Source: Marsupella aquatica
Lineage: Eukaryota; Plantae; Marchantiophyta
Assembly: GCA_973895155.1 (NCBI GenBank)
Contig: OZ316892.1
Span: forward strand, 2,979,223-3,043,222
Direction of reading: 5' to 3'
DNA: 64,000 nt
Shown here: positions 1 through 13,800 of the stretch, piece by piece
How positions within the stretch are numbered: position 1 is the first letter of the stretch
Layout of the letters: each line of letters starts with the position of its first letter
Made by a program: the position numbers and the translations under genes
The notes under the pieces: generated by a model
What the model was told of the DNA's origin: nothing
Databases searched by the model: none
The model's input: the letters and a program-made list of their open reading frames with translations, nothing else

Positions 1-1874
1 AATTTGAGGAGAAACTTGATCCAACACCAGACAAAAACCTTGAAAGACAGAATGCCAATGGGACAAAATAATTCAACTCCCACAAATATATGAGTATTGC
101 TTGTATGTATCCAAAAGAGAACAAGAAAACCTCAGGTATCTCTAAGCTATGCAAGGGATAATGGTAATTCCTTATACCTTCAATTTCAGTGAAAGTAAGA
201 AAGTACAGCCCAGATGGATTGACATATTTTCCATGATGCTCCCATGGGCTGACAAAAGGGCCATGAAGTGTACCAAAATGTCTGAAATTGCTTTCAAACT
301 GTATTGTGGTATAGCCGGAAGAATCAAAAGTGACACTTTTCACTTAAAGACCAAGGTTTCGATCCCTTTAAGAACAAAATAGGAATGGATTGAATGATTG
401 TAACTGTTTTGAAGACTTAAGAGTATCACTCAACAAAATCTTCAGACAAAAGAGAAACAAATGGATAAACTAACAAAATGAACAGAAAAGATTAATTCCC
501 AAGTCATGGATTATGGAAAAGCTTTTTGAACCAAGGTCCAATGGATTGAATCTCCACTTCCACTCCTTCAAAAGGATTATGGTCTTACTGTGTTAACAAG
601 ATTGCAACAAATCTCGCCTCAATTGCTCTTCTCCATCACCATGAAAATATAAACAGAAATGATAAATGTTCACCAACACCAAAGTAGCTTTCTGGTGACC
701 GATACAATGATACTCACTAAAATGCCGTCAACATGGATAGAACTTCGGCGATACGCAACTCCGATCTATCACTAGTGGGTATGCCAAAGTATGGGTAACG
801 ATACTAACTATTCTGAAATCAGAATCTTGCTCCTTTCTATCCACATTTATCATTGAATTCTTAGCGATTCTTGACCCACAAGCAATCCTAATTTGAATTC
901 ATATGATCTTGGAAATTTGTAATGAAAACTCAGGCACCAACAGGAATAAATTCATTACATCACAAAGGAAGTGTTTTACTTCATTCATAAATCATTCTCG
1001 AAAGCAATGATTACAAAGGAAGGAGGGAAACTTGTAAAAGTTTGCAATACTGAATACAAGCTTCACTGAAAAACAAAAAGGAAAACAATAATCTTATAGG
1101 TCTAAGTGGAGCATAAAAAGGGGAAATGAAAAGTCATGCCTTTTCAAAACTAGAAAAAAAGGTAATAAAAATTGAGTACTAAAGTAAGGTAGAAAAAGAT
1201 CACTAAATAACTAGGGTAAATGGGTAACAAAAATCTGTCTTCGAACTTCCGCCGAGTATCGTCCTTCATAAGTTTGGTCTCCATGGGACACCTCTCAGAA
1301 GCGTCCTTCACAAGTATTGTCAGCAAGGTAAAGTTGAGTATTTGGGTACCAAAATGCAATTAATTCGTGAACTTTGCATCTTATTTCCATCTTCCATTGA
1401 TTTTGCAAAAAATTCAGGTGTCACATGTACTGTCTCATGTTGTACTAAAAAAAATGGCTTGTACAGGCCAGACAATTGGTTGTTCAGAGTTTTCAGTTGA
1501 CCCACTCATCATCACTTTGTTGTCAAGCCTCTTTGTAAAATCCTACAGCTGCAAGTAGTTAGGGCATTTTCCAAAGGTCTGAATTGACATCTTACACAAC
1601 GGGGTCATCGAGTCATCAATTGCTATGGACGGAACGGTCGCTTTTGAATTTCTTGAGTAACTGACAGTTGACCGTGCCTTGCAATCTGAGTACATGCGCA
1701 CAAGTTTGGAGTGAGGTAACATGTGGGGAAGGCAACCGCGGGCCTGAGCAAAGCATTCACGCAGCTAGTAATAATAAACAGCACAACAATCAGGCCATTA
1801 CAATTCGTAATATGAAAATCACCACAATTAAACTAGTATTCAGAAGTACGTTATTTATACCCACTTGTTCAAAG

Positions 1875-2410
1875 AAAAGTAAGCCCAGATGGACCAAAGG
1901 GTTTCTTCTGCCCATTCCATTGCAACACACACTGCCTCACATTACACTCAAAATTCACACTGATGGGCTGCGTTTGAAAGGATGCTTCATTTTTGAGAAG
2001 GATGCCCCAAGTACTATTTCTAGGGTTTTTCCAGGTGCCCCGATCCAATCTAAAATGTCAGGTTTTGACTGACATGTGGATTTATTTGGACAACTTTTGG
2101 ATCTCTGTTTAGGCTTGAAGTTTCCCAGCATGTTTTCTGATGTCCAATCACCTAACAAAGTTTTTTCTGAGATCATGTTCTCCATTGCTGATGAATTCAA
2201 AAATAGTCAAATATTATAAACCAATTGCCAATGGCGAGGCCAATGGACACTTCACTTGGTGAAAAAAGCCATGATTGAGTAGTTTGGCATGAAAAGCAAC
2301 TTACTACTTTGGGGGAGGATGCCTCACTTTTGTGAAATCTGCCTTGAGTATTTGTGCATGAACAATGACTTACCATCAATTCTGGGGGAAGGACGCTTCG
2401 CCTTTGTGAA
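1875..2410 (-). repeat. Dispersed repeat (probable decayed TE), inverted homologue of 17740-18255
   Basis: The reverse complement of 2261-2380 (..catgcacaaatactcaagg..tttcacaaaagtgaggcatcctcccccaaagtagtaagt..) and of 1880-2010 align collinearly with 17740-17830 and 18120-18250. Boundaries are approximate. Confidence 0.75.
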
Positions 2411-3858
2411 GAACCTTGGGGGTCTCACTACATGGAGACCCCCACATCACGTCCAACATTTGTAGGCCTCAGAGACCCTAAAATTTAATAAAAACAAGTT
2501 ATTTTGAATTTTTTCACCCTTACTAATTTGGAATGTTCTCAAATTTGGTTTTAAACCGCCCCAATGTTCTAACACATAAATTTTGAAGTCTTCTCTTATA
2601 AGAAATAAAATGACCCTATCATATGTTGCACGTGATGTGCCGTATTTGCAGAAGTGAAACCCCCAAGTGAAGATTGCCCTGAGTAGCCTGTGCATGAGCA
2701 ACACTTACCACCGTGTAAGCTAATGCAAACTGGCTGCAAACGGTCAAGAGCCTGTTTACAGGTTGAACATTTCAGTCAAACCTATTTAGAGATATATATT
2801 GTGTGTGTGTGTGAATTCATCAGAATTAACAAAATACCCTGTCAGGAGTAACATAATTGATTGTTAAATTGAGTTGGGAAAATTATTTTTAAAATTGGGA
2901 CAGAGGGAATATGAAAGAGGTCCCATTGAAAGTAAAGTTATGCCACATCGTTTGCGATGGAAAAGGGACACAAACTTTGCATTCTACAACAGAAGCAATT
3001 GTTGTTCCTATATTCCTACTTAGGGAAGAAGTACAGAAGACCACATCTATGCATATATAAATAATGCTGATGGAATTGAGGCCCAATTTGTGCAATAAAC
3101 AATGCTGCTATAGGATATTACTCTAAGACCATCCGATCAAGTTGGAAATCAATTCATTGGAGGGGAAGGCCAAATCTGCGCATTCGTAAAAAAACAATAC
3201 AATGACTGGGCTGGCTCTAATTATTGGGGATGCAAAGAACTATGGTAGACTTCCCAATGAAGCCACCTACCTAATTTAATTATTGTTTTATTTGAAAGGC
3301 AAGACCACCTTTAAGATTGAACAAGTCGCCCAACTGGCTTCCACGCTGGGAAAGCCCCTGGTATTTTTTGTTTTTTGATAATTGTTACAACTACAGTAGA
3401 TACCACAAGCACCCAAGGCGCATAATACATGTAAGACACCCACTTGTGTCATCTAAGCATTGTGTTTATTGGAGTCAAACACCCTATACGTACATCATAG
3501 TAACTTCATGATCACCTCTCTGGTCAAAAATCATGTTTAATTGTACAGTAGACATGGTCTTATCGTGAACATGAAGGCCCCTTCTATTATATTATAATCA
3601 ATGCCTGGCATCTTAAAAAGAGCATATTAAGGCCACAGGTATTAGATTAATGCTATCTTCAACATAGAATATGATAATTTCAGATCACATAGAAAAGAGG
3701 GTGGAAAGTTCTATTTGGGGAATTGTTAGACATATCATTTTCTTAAGCTTGCGTTTGATATTGAAATAAAACTCACAATCAGACCATGCATGTCATTATG
3801 AATTGTGTCATTTTTATCTAAGAAGAGAGTGGAAAGAAATAAGTCAAGAGAGTTAGAG

Positions 3859-6800
3859 ATGGGTGTAGTGGTTCTGCAAATTGGACAAGGAGGCAACCAA
3901 ATGGGCTGTGCACTTTTTCAATGTCTTGCATCAATGCATGGCTCAACACCGGTGGAGTTCTTTCGATCATCCCCTCGGACGTCAGCTCTCATTGCTCGCT
4001 CTGTCCTGGTTGACATGGAACCTAAGGTGCCACTTTCCTTCAAACTCATCTGACATGTTTGGTTACTAAGTACCTTTTAGAGAACCCTTAACTTTACTAT
4101 CTCCAGAACTAAGAGACTGTGGAATGAAATTGGTAAAGACATTTTCCACCAGATAGAGATGGAATCTAATTTGACCATTCTTACCTGAACGAATTTCATT
4201 TGAATCTTGGGAATTGACTACATGCCATTCAATTTCTCAGCTAAGGCACACCTCCTGCTATTTTGTTGTGAATAGAGAATGTCTAAATGTTGCTTGAACT
4301 CAAAGATTCACTGCTTGTGGGGCATCTTTTGTTCATTAAAATGGCATGTGGGTTGCAGGTCATAGCAGCAATGGTCAAGCAAGCAAAGAGATGTTCAGCA
4401 CAACATGTGCCATGGGCATACGACAGTACTAGACAAGTCACTCAAGATAGTGGAGCTGGTAACAATTGGGCACATGGATATCATGAGTATGGGCCCAAAT
4501 GTCAAGAGTCAATACTTGATGCCATCCGTCTTGAGGTCAGTGATAAATTAATGTGATCAACAAACAAACAAAAGTTTTTTGGGGTCCCTTGGAATGGCAC
4601 ACCATCCTTCACACTTTTGCAATAAATTTTGATGGAACGGATTTCCCTCTCATGTTTCCGAAAGAGAAAATCAAACAAACTTTGGTTCTTGCTACCAATT
4701 AGTGTGCTCTCGTACCAAAGCAATTGGGTTGCTAAGCATTAGAACTAAGTTCAATTCCAACTTAAATCAATAAACTCCATTGGCATGCAAAATAGATGTA
4801 AGTTGGGTCAGGAATTAGTTTGAGATAAGAAGGATGGAAAAGCACACTTATATGATGGAAACTATCAGATTTTGCAGTCTACTGGATGGCAACTCGTGGA
4901 GCCTAAAGTACCAGAATTGGATATTTCATATATGAATGAAGAGACAGAGACAACTAACACATTCAATAAAAAATCCTGACTTAAAGACGAGAAGCAAATC
5001 ATACAGAAAAGCAAAGGGTTAAACAAGGTGATAACATTTCCATCGACCACCACCTAATTATTGGGATAAAGGCACACATATACTATAACTATTTTATAAT
5101 TACAGCTTTGGTGTTTGCAAGGTTGAGGAATGTGATATGTTTGGTGGATTTATTACAATGCAAAGCATGGCAGGTGGAACTGGTGCAGGTTTAGGTAAGC
5201 TTGACCAGGTTCGGGTAAGCTTGACCACATTAGGATGTTTTCATGGGTGGTTTGTTCTTGAGAGCTTTCAATGTATGTTGATTCTTAGGTTGCCAAAAAA
5301 CAACAACAAAATTGGAAATCTGAATTTACAGCTAGATTTGACTTTCTTATAGGCTGTCAGTGCTTGGGGACCTAGAAGTGTCCAAATGTTTGATTGTAAA
5401 TCCATAAACGAACTAAGGTTTAATGTGAATGTGACTAGTTTATGCTTGAGAAATATTCAAAGGGATGGTCTCTTGTTGACAGCTTTGCTGGCTAGTGCTT
5501 TGCTTGGGTGGTGCTGCAGCGGCCACTCAGGTTTCTCATGTCTTGCCTTGTCTTCTGTCCCTCTTTTGAATGCTCTTTTTCTATTCTCCTTGTTTGGTGG
5601 ATATTTTCACAGTGTACTTTCAGTACTCTAAAGAAATGTGCTGTCTTGTTCTCATGGTTCTCTTGTTTGGTGAGTGAATTGTACCGTGCACTTTCATTAC
5701 TCTAAAAATAATAGAAGATAAATATTCAAAGGACATATATTCAACTGTATGTGAAAATGTCACTAGAAGATGTGTATTGTCTAGTGCCTGGTCCTCCTGC
5801 TGATACCACTGTTGACAGGTCTGTAAGCTTTGCATATAAAAATTGGAAAATTGGTTCCGGGACAGAAAAAGAAAATCACATGAAGTCAAAAGACCTTCAT
5901 ATGGTTTCAAGGAAAAGACCTTCATATGGGGCATTCAATAATAGCAAACCTCCACTTTCTTTTCTTTAAGGAAATTTGGCTAAGAGAACAGTAATTTATT
6001 TTTTCTTGTTTCAGGAAGAGAACAATCTTTAAGAATTTTTTAGAATTGGAGTGGTCTTTTGCAGGAACATACATTGTGGAGGCATTGAATGATGAGTTTC
6101 CCTCATCCTTCATACTAAGCCATTGCATCTGGCCATACGAAAGTGGGGAGGTGATTGTTCAGAACTACAATGTGCTCCTCACCTTATCCCATCTCCAAGA
6201 CTTTGCAGATGGCATAATCATTGTGCAAAATGAGCAGCTCAGCTCCATCTGCCAAAGCTTGTTGGGCATTCAACGACCATCTTTTGACCACTTGAACGAA
6301 GTAGCAGCACAAGCTTTGGCATCTGTATTGCTGCCCTCTCACTGGAGACCAATTCAACCCAGCTCTCATTTGGGTGGTGAGCCTGGAGATGGTGGCAAGA
6401 TGGACTCAACGAGAGATGTCCCCTTTCCTCGTAAATCTCATCTTCGGATTCTGCCCAATTTACTTCAAGCCCTATGTGCGCACGCTGGATACCGCATGCT
6501 CTCTTTGCGCTTCACTCCTCAGGTGAGGCAACTTTGATTTCATCCCTTCATGATATTCTTTGAGCACATTTCATCTGCCCTCTTTTCCTCTGGATACCCC
6601 CATTGTTTCAAAGATGGTGATTTTGCAGAAGTGTACCGCTCCACAAGCTGTAGAGTTTGGATGGGCCCTAGCTTTGCAAGAACAATGTAGGGGTGAAAAC
6701 TGGGGTGAATTGAAAGATGCCCTTCTCACTTGGTCTCTGCCATACTATCTAATTAAGTGTGATTCTGGGTGTGATTCTTGTCTTTCTACTAAAGCATATT

Positions 6801-8502
6801 TCTTGGTTTATGCTTTGAATTTGGCTTTTTCTCAATTCCTTCTTTGTCATGCGCACCTTTTTAGTATCCAAAATATTTAGTGTTATGATGTCAGCTCAAG
6901 GAAGACAATCCTGGAATTCTTTCCTTCAGATATCATCCTCTAATCTCTTTCAGCCAAGCCATTGGAGTGAAAGTATGCCCTCAATCACATTGGCTTACTT
7001 TGGTCGCTCGTTTTCTTCGGTTTTGCTGTTGTGGTTTTGTTTCTTTTGTCCATTCTTTTGTTGGCTCTTATTTTTATGTTTGGTTCTAAGCGGGGATTTA
7101 GGTGTGTTCCTTTTTTAATGCAGTCCAGTCCATAAATCACCACTGTCCTGGGAGCAAAACCTGATGAATCAAGGTCACAGTAATTAATCAATTGTGTTCT
7201 TAGAAAATTTAAAATAGTGTGCAAAAAATGAGTATCCCACAGCTTGGGGGACAGTGGCAATTTAAAGGTATTTTCAGATAATAGTTCTTCATGTTCATAA
7301 CATCTCTAAGGAGTTTCCTCAATGGTCGTCTTGTGTAAAACTACCAGTGGGTACTGTTTCCATTGCATTATTAGTGTTCAAAATTAATAGCAGGGTAGAA
7401 TCTTACCACTAGTTTAATTTTTCATTTATTTTACTTGTCTATATAATACATAGTTCACTTTATGACTCTGTCATTGTTTGAGTGCTTATTTCTAAGGTTT
7501 GAGTGAAGTTTTCATTCTATAAACTATTTTTTCTCGGTAACACGGTTTACAGTTACACAAGGCATGACTGATTTTGATGAAGATAATGCTCTGAGGGACC
7601 ATAGATACAAACCATGCAACCATGATGGACTAATTAGGAACATGTGATATTGTAAGTAAACAGGTTGTGAAAATCCACCGGAGCACTTTGGTAACCCTAC
7701 AGGTCCATCCAGGCTTCAGTCTTTTAAAGAAATTTAATACAAGACTCTTGTGATGCGAGAGAAATTTACAACAAAAAAAAGCATTGATTACTCTAGAGGA
7801 AAGCTTGTATTTCAGTTTCAACATTCTCGAGGATATTCTGGTTTCAAGGTATCCCAGTAAGGAAAATGTGTTTTCACTCCACAGTGAGCTACAAAGCAAA
7901 TGAAAGGGTTCTCCCACCAAAACATCTACTGTAGTGGTGCAATCCTCTAACTCCATGAATATATGGCACTCTGTCAGGTCCCAACAAAATCATTGGACTA
8001 TACCACTTTCACTTGGGCAGCCCAGCTGAAGCACTTGAGACAAATGCTGATAACTGGGGCACACAAAGAGCTTGAGATGGACTGGAGCATTTCTCTTCCA
8101 AAATTCTCATCGCGCAGAGGAAGATTGAATTATGACCTCTCAGGTGGTAATCATCTCATCAACCATTCCATTGCAAATCTACTCATCTTGAGGGGCAGTG
8201 GTAGTGATATTGCTGATTTGAGTGGGTTTACGGATGACAGAATGTATCCAATCTGGTCAGTAGATCCCTTATCAGTTGCTGCTTTCCCGAAACCATTTGG
8301 AAAGTATGAAATGGCCATTGGCCTTTTGAGTAATTGCCAATCTACAATTATGCCAGCATCGCGAGCACTGTCAAGGGCATACAACATGTATTCAGCAAGG
8401 GCCTATCTGCATCAATATTTTGAGCATGGGATGGAGGCTAATTCCTTCGACACTGCTTTTGCCACAACCGAGGATGTCATTTCTAGATATATGTCATTGT
8501 AG
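3859..8502 (+). CDS. TUBD1: Delta-tubulin, ~466 aa; exons 3859-4026, 4359-4535, 5122-5194, 6065-6522, 7978-8502
   Basis: All introns are GT-AG and in phase. Motifs QIGQGGNQMG, ARSVLVDMEPKV, SGAGNNWAHGY, SMAGGTGAGLG, IWPYESGEVIVQNYNVLLTLSHL and ARAYLHQY match the delta subfamily rather than alpha, beta or gamma tubulin. Confidence 0.93.
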
Positions 8503-9160
8503 ATACTAGCCCGGCTACACATGTGTGCATAGCACTGTCCCTCTCAAATGTACTGTTGTCGAAATACTTCCAGTTTTGTCTGTATTTTTTAGGTATTTTT
8601 CAGGTGTGTTTTGGCAGTTGCCCCCAGAGTCGAGGTGTAGAGGCTTTCATTTGGATAGAAGACCATAATTCTAGCTTTGCTTTGCAATTTTATAGTAAGA
8701 TTATGGACATCCAATTCAACCTTCATTGAATACAATTCTATTGAGAATGGCCAGAATATCTTCTGGCCAGCAATCCTATCTTCTATCTTCGAGATCAAAA
8801 GAGCAATAGCTAAATTCCAACGAAAAGAATGATAGCTAATAGGATTGGATCATTGTATATAACTTGATCTCAAGATGGTTGCTCATCTCCAAAAGTTCAA
8901 ATTGGCCTACAATGATGGGATTTCATTGTACTCGAGTCTTACTGTCGCAGCTGTTGCATACCTCGACAGGGCTTGGGTACCAGCTGAATTATGTATTTCG
9001 AGATAGCTAAAGAAGTATTATTCTGAAATGAGCGCTGATTCTTACTGATTTTATTGAAGTGTGTCGGTATGAAAACCCTTGTTAAATGTACAGAATTGCC
9101 TTCAAGCACACTTAATTTCACATTAAAGTAGCACACTTTCACATTAAAGTTCCATCAACT

Positions 9161-9720
9161 CTGGCATTGCGGGCAAGTCCTAATCAGCTCTGTCTATATT
9201 AAATTCTCGCACTGCTGGCAAAGTCATACTCAGCTCAGCCTAAAATAAATTCTGGCATTGCGGGCAGGTCACCGTCAGCTCCGCCTAAAAGTGAAGCTGG
9301 AACTTGTAATTCTCTACATGTAATTCTCCAGGGCAGTTCGCCGGGGTGAGATTGGAGGTGAACTTGTACTTCTCTACATCTAATTCTGTAGTGCAGTTCG
9401 CTGGGATGAGATTGGAGGTGAAACTCATTTTTGCTGCTGGTGTGAGTCTTGTAATTCTCTGGTGCAGACTCATTTTCATTTCTGGTGTGACTTGTAATTC
9501 TCTGTTGCAGTGTGAGATTGAAATGAGTGTGAGAAACTCATTTTTGCTGGTGGCATGAAAGGTGTAATTCTCTGGTGCAGTACACTGCCATGAGATTGGA
9601 GGTGAATGTCATTTTTGTTGCTCGTGTGAAACACATAATTCTCTGGTGCAGTACACTGGGGTGAGACGGGGTTGAAACTAGTTTTTGCTCCTGTTGCGAT
9701 CACCCAGCTCATTTCACCTT
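9161..9720. repeat. Compound minisatellite: three ~45-nt units, then ~60-nt degenerate units
   Basis: ctggcattgcgggca.gtc...cagctc occurs at about 9161, 9206 and 9252. aacttgta.ttctctacat.taattct...gagattggaggtg occurs at 9301 and 9361, with decaying gtaattctctggtgcag copies to about 9700. Confidence 0.8.
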
Positions 9721-10864
9721 TAGTTCTTTGGAGGACTTAATACATGTGCAGGAGGGCCAGAATTGTGCACAATTAACCTCTCATGGAGGAGCTCGAAAAA
9801 GGGCTGCAGCGAGCACAGCGTGCATCGTGTTGTCAGTTCTTGAGCATTTTCGATTTCGGAGGAGACTTTACAGTAACTTACCAATGGGCCCGAAAAGAAC
9901 TGTTAAAGGAAAACTCTTGTTTAGCATGAAAACCACAAGCCTTTATAAAATGTGGAAATCGACCAAGTGCCGGATCTATCTGAGGGGCTTTACATAAACC
10001 CAGCCTTTTGTGTCTTGCTTTACATTTTGAGCCACATAGTAAGCCAGATTTTGAGCCTTTAACTCTGCCCATAAGTCCAACTCTGAAGCTCAAGTCTCAT
10101 TTCCTACAGCCAAGAAAACCCAAGCATAAACTCAACATTTACATGAATGCTAAGTATTATAACGCTGCAAGTTGACGATCTCTACAATTCACTTTATCAC
10201 CTGGACCCATTGCATTCTTGAAGGAATGTCCCAGCCGACCGCATCTGTTCGTGCTGGAAACGATCTTCCAAACAAAGCCGTTCTTGCATTCGTTTCTCTT
10301 CACGAGTACACTAGAGTTGAGGACAGCAAAAGCAAAACTTCCTCGAGTATTTCCTGGACGTTGATCTGAATTGAGAAGATATCTAATCGGCCTCAGAAGT
10401 GAACAAATAAGACAGTTCCAATGCGAGATCCTGGGTCAGTCCGAAGTCTCCAATGCCATATCAGCTTTTCTCGAAAGCTACAAAACTTTGAAGAACACGA
10501 AAGTCAGAAAATGCCTATGCCGGCTGTGCACTCTTCCTGCTCGAGTCGTCCATTCCTACTACCAACGTTACATATCTTCTTGTGATATCGTCGTGTACAC
10601 TACTACATACAACAATGTTTGATCTACAAACCCACTATGGCCAAGTCCACTTATATCACCCTTCTAAGCGTGTCAAAATTATTCGTCCCAACATGATCAT
10701 TGGGCATTTTGAAAAACGAAGTGACAGATGAAAATAAATCTGTCCACTTGACTGCACAGGGAGTTTGCTAATCTAACTAGGAATTTCAGCACCTACTGAA
10801 TGTATAGCAAGCTTGGGCTAATCAACATACTCGAGAGACGAGGACGAATTGTGAACCAGGTTAT

Positions 10865-13800
10865 CTAATATAACAATTCCTCAAAAACAGGGTCTGTACT
10901 CTCTCCCCACTTCCCATGGTAAGACTCCAGAAGTTTCTCTGATACTGTCTTCCCTGCAACATGGAAGAGAAACAAAGTGAAAGCAATTACACCACTGAAG
11001 AGGGTCTAGAAATCGCAATGTTGCAGAGAATAACTTCAAATAGTCCTCATAGGAAACCCATCCAGAAGCCAAATGAAATTCATAGAGCACACAAATTGTG
11101 GACCTGATGTGACGGTTTCTTCTATCTCATTTAAAAAGCTGGCTTCCTTGTAACCTCTTCGTTGGAGACCCTCCTGTATACACAAGATTCATCAACTTCC
11201 TGGAGTCCCACTTTAACGATAGCGTACTAGGAAAATAAACTTCCAGAAAGTTTGATGAAAATCAAGACATGTTTGATTGTCTTATACATTATGACCATGA
11301 CACGAGACAATGTCACTTTGCAGTGAAAACATGGACCGTTCATACAGCAAATCAGGGGTTCCCATGTTCTCTGCATCTACTTGTTTGAAGAGCTCAATGC
11401 CTCGGCTAGAGAGCAACAAAAGGTATCCAGACCAACCTTAGCAAGCTTGAAGACATCCTGGGTAACGTGTTTCAGGAGGCCATCACGAAATGGGGTTTTC
11501 AAACCCAGTTTCGGTACCTGGACATTCATCATCAGCTGTGAGTTCGCAACTTGTGAACTGTGTAGGCAGTATATGCAACGAACACTAAAACGCAAGACTT
11601 TTCCATGACTTGCATGACACATGGCGGCATGATAGCACTTTAAGCTCAGCTTCTCTAGACACTTGGCACACGTGTTTAAACATTCATTCAAAAATTCACC
11701 CAACCTACCAGCATGGCAGCAAAGAATCCCACCGGGAGAGATATTATCTTTTCAAGTTTCTTATTAGAACAAGAGTGAAAGAAAGGGTTCCATTGGGAGG
11801 TTGAGCTGACCTTAGTTCTGAGCATAGCACGCTCCCTTTCAGTCCAATCGCTTATTATATCCAATGCTCCTTGTAGCGATTCATCATCATACAGTAATCC
11901 GACCTGCAGCCAATTGTACATCATCTACCTTGACAGTACCTACGTGTCTAGCCAAATTACTTTGCTTTGGGTCAGGGGCCACTGATCAAGATTCAGTTGT
12001 ATGATTCTGATCAGTAAATCCAACCATTAACGAAATGACATTTTCTACGGTTGAAGAGCAAGGTTCGAAAGTTACTAGGAATGCGTTTCAATTTTTCCGT
12101 CGTTTTGTTTCTCCAAATATCGGCATTCCCAGAGGTGGAGGGGGAACCTGAAGTGATAAAATAAAGTGAGAACGTAAACTCACCCAAAACGCTGGTAGAG
12201 CACACAACCTTTTCCAAGGACCACCATCTGCTCCTCTCATTTCCAAGTAGCGTTTCAATCTAACCTGCTCAGTATCAACAACATTTCGTCAATGCAGTAA
12301 ATTTCGAGTCATAATGTTATCCCTGACAATTGTTGAATACATCATGACCTGTACAGACAACAGTCATTGAATTGATACCTCCGGAAAGATGGTTGTCAGA
12401 TGATTCTCCCAGTCATTCAGAGTTGGAGTGACACCTGGAAGCATTGGCAACCTTCCAGCAAGAAAGTCCTGCATACACAGCGCACTAGTATTTATTTCTA
12501 TACCACATGACTTGAATTCCAGGCCATACGTACGCATGTCACTCACGGTCGTCAACTGCAAACACATAATATCTGCGTAACTCCAGCAAACTGGAGAAAA
12601 CACCTGAACATTCAGACCAACTTCCGGAGAAGATCTCCTGTACCAAGGATGGATCGAAACGCAAAAGGAAACCCAAAATGGTCAAAACCTTTAGCAAAAT
12701 TGAAAACGACGAATACCTTGAAGGAACACCCAGAGCAATCAACGTACTGCTTATTCCGATACACAAAGTACATAGGCACATCTAAAGCATAGTCCACATA
12801 ATCTTCAAATCTGCAACAGTCACGAAAGTCAGTCCACAGTTACGTAGGCCGTCACACATGAACAGATAGATACATTTGCATCCAAAAAGTGATCATGTCA
12901 GAACAAACACGACTGAACAGATATACAAAATACTGGACTGCTTACCCGAATTTCTCAGCGAAGACGAATGGGAGATCGCCAGTCCTGTTCTTATCTACAT
13001 CAGTCCAGATATGGCTGTCACAGGAGCGACGAACACAGTTAAACATCCACTCGATAAACTTCCTTCATAAAACTCCGGCAGACAGCTTTAGACCATTCCT
13101 TCGGGATACGGCTTGCAGATGAGGTATGAGCTAAAGAATTATGTGAGTATTAATTCCAAATTTAATTCGGAGTCGGGAGAATTGCTTTCTTTTAGGCCTC
13201 TCGTAAACATGCGACTGTACCCTGACGCCTTTCTAACGTACGTATCGCAGCACAACCCACGCCAGAAACATGGACCTCGCTAATGCAACCATGGTGCGCT
13301 TCGTGACGCTTAAACCTATCGCTCTTGGCTCAGGGGTACTACTTATTTCCACGACTCCCAATTACAAACCGCTATACCTTGAAATCCAAGTCACCACACT
13401 CACCTGCGGTAACTAAGGTAGCCATTGGGCTTTCCGTCAGCAAACGGAGAGTTGGCAAAGAGAGCCGTTGCAATCTGCGCAGAATTCAGGCATATGCTCC
13501 ATAAGTTAACAGTTTGCGTAAGGGGTAATGTAAGTGGCTATACAATTCTCACTTTAAAATTCTCCCACAATGCACACTGCCGTTCATGCCTTCATGCCTG
13601 CGAGTTCGTTTTGTAGAAAACTTGTCCCCATCGGCGATAGCGATCCAAGAGCGCCTTAAGATAAACGAAACCTACAGGTCAAAAGTAAATAAAACACCAT
13701 CATAAATGAGAGAAGAGCTAGAGTCACAAATAGTACTCACAGGTTGCAAAGCTAAGCCGACTTGAAATTTCTTGACCATGTCTTCTTCTGAGGAGAAGTC

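Noticed and set aside
1-1660. Possible coding relic on the minus strand, including a 114-codon open frame running off the window start
   Set aside because: No recognisable motifs or consistent splice structure; it needs BLASTX and the adjacent window.
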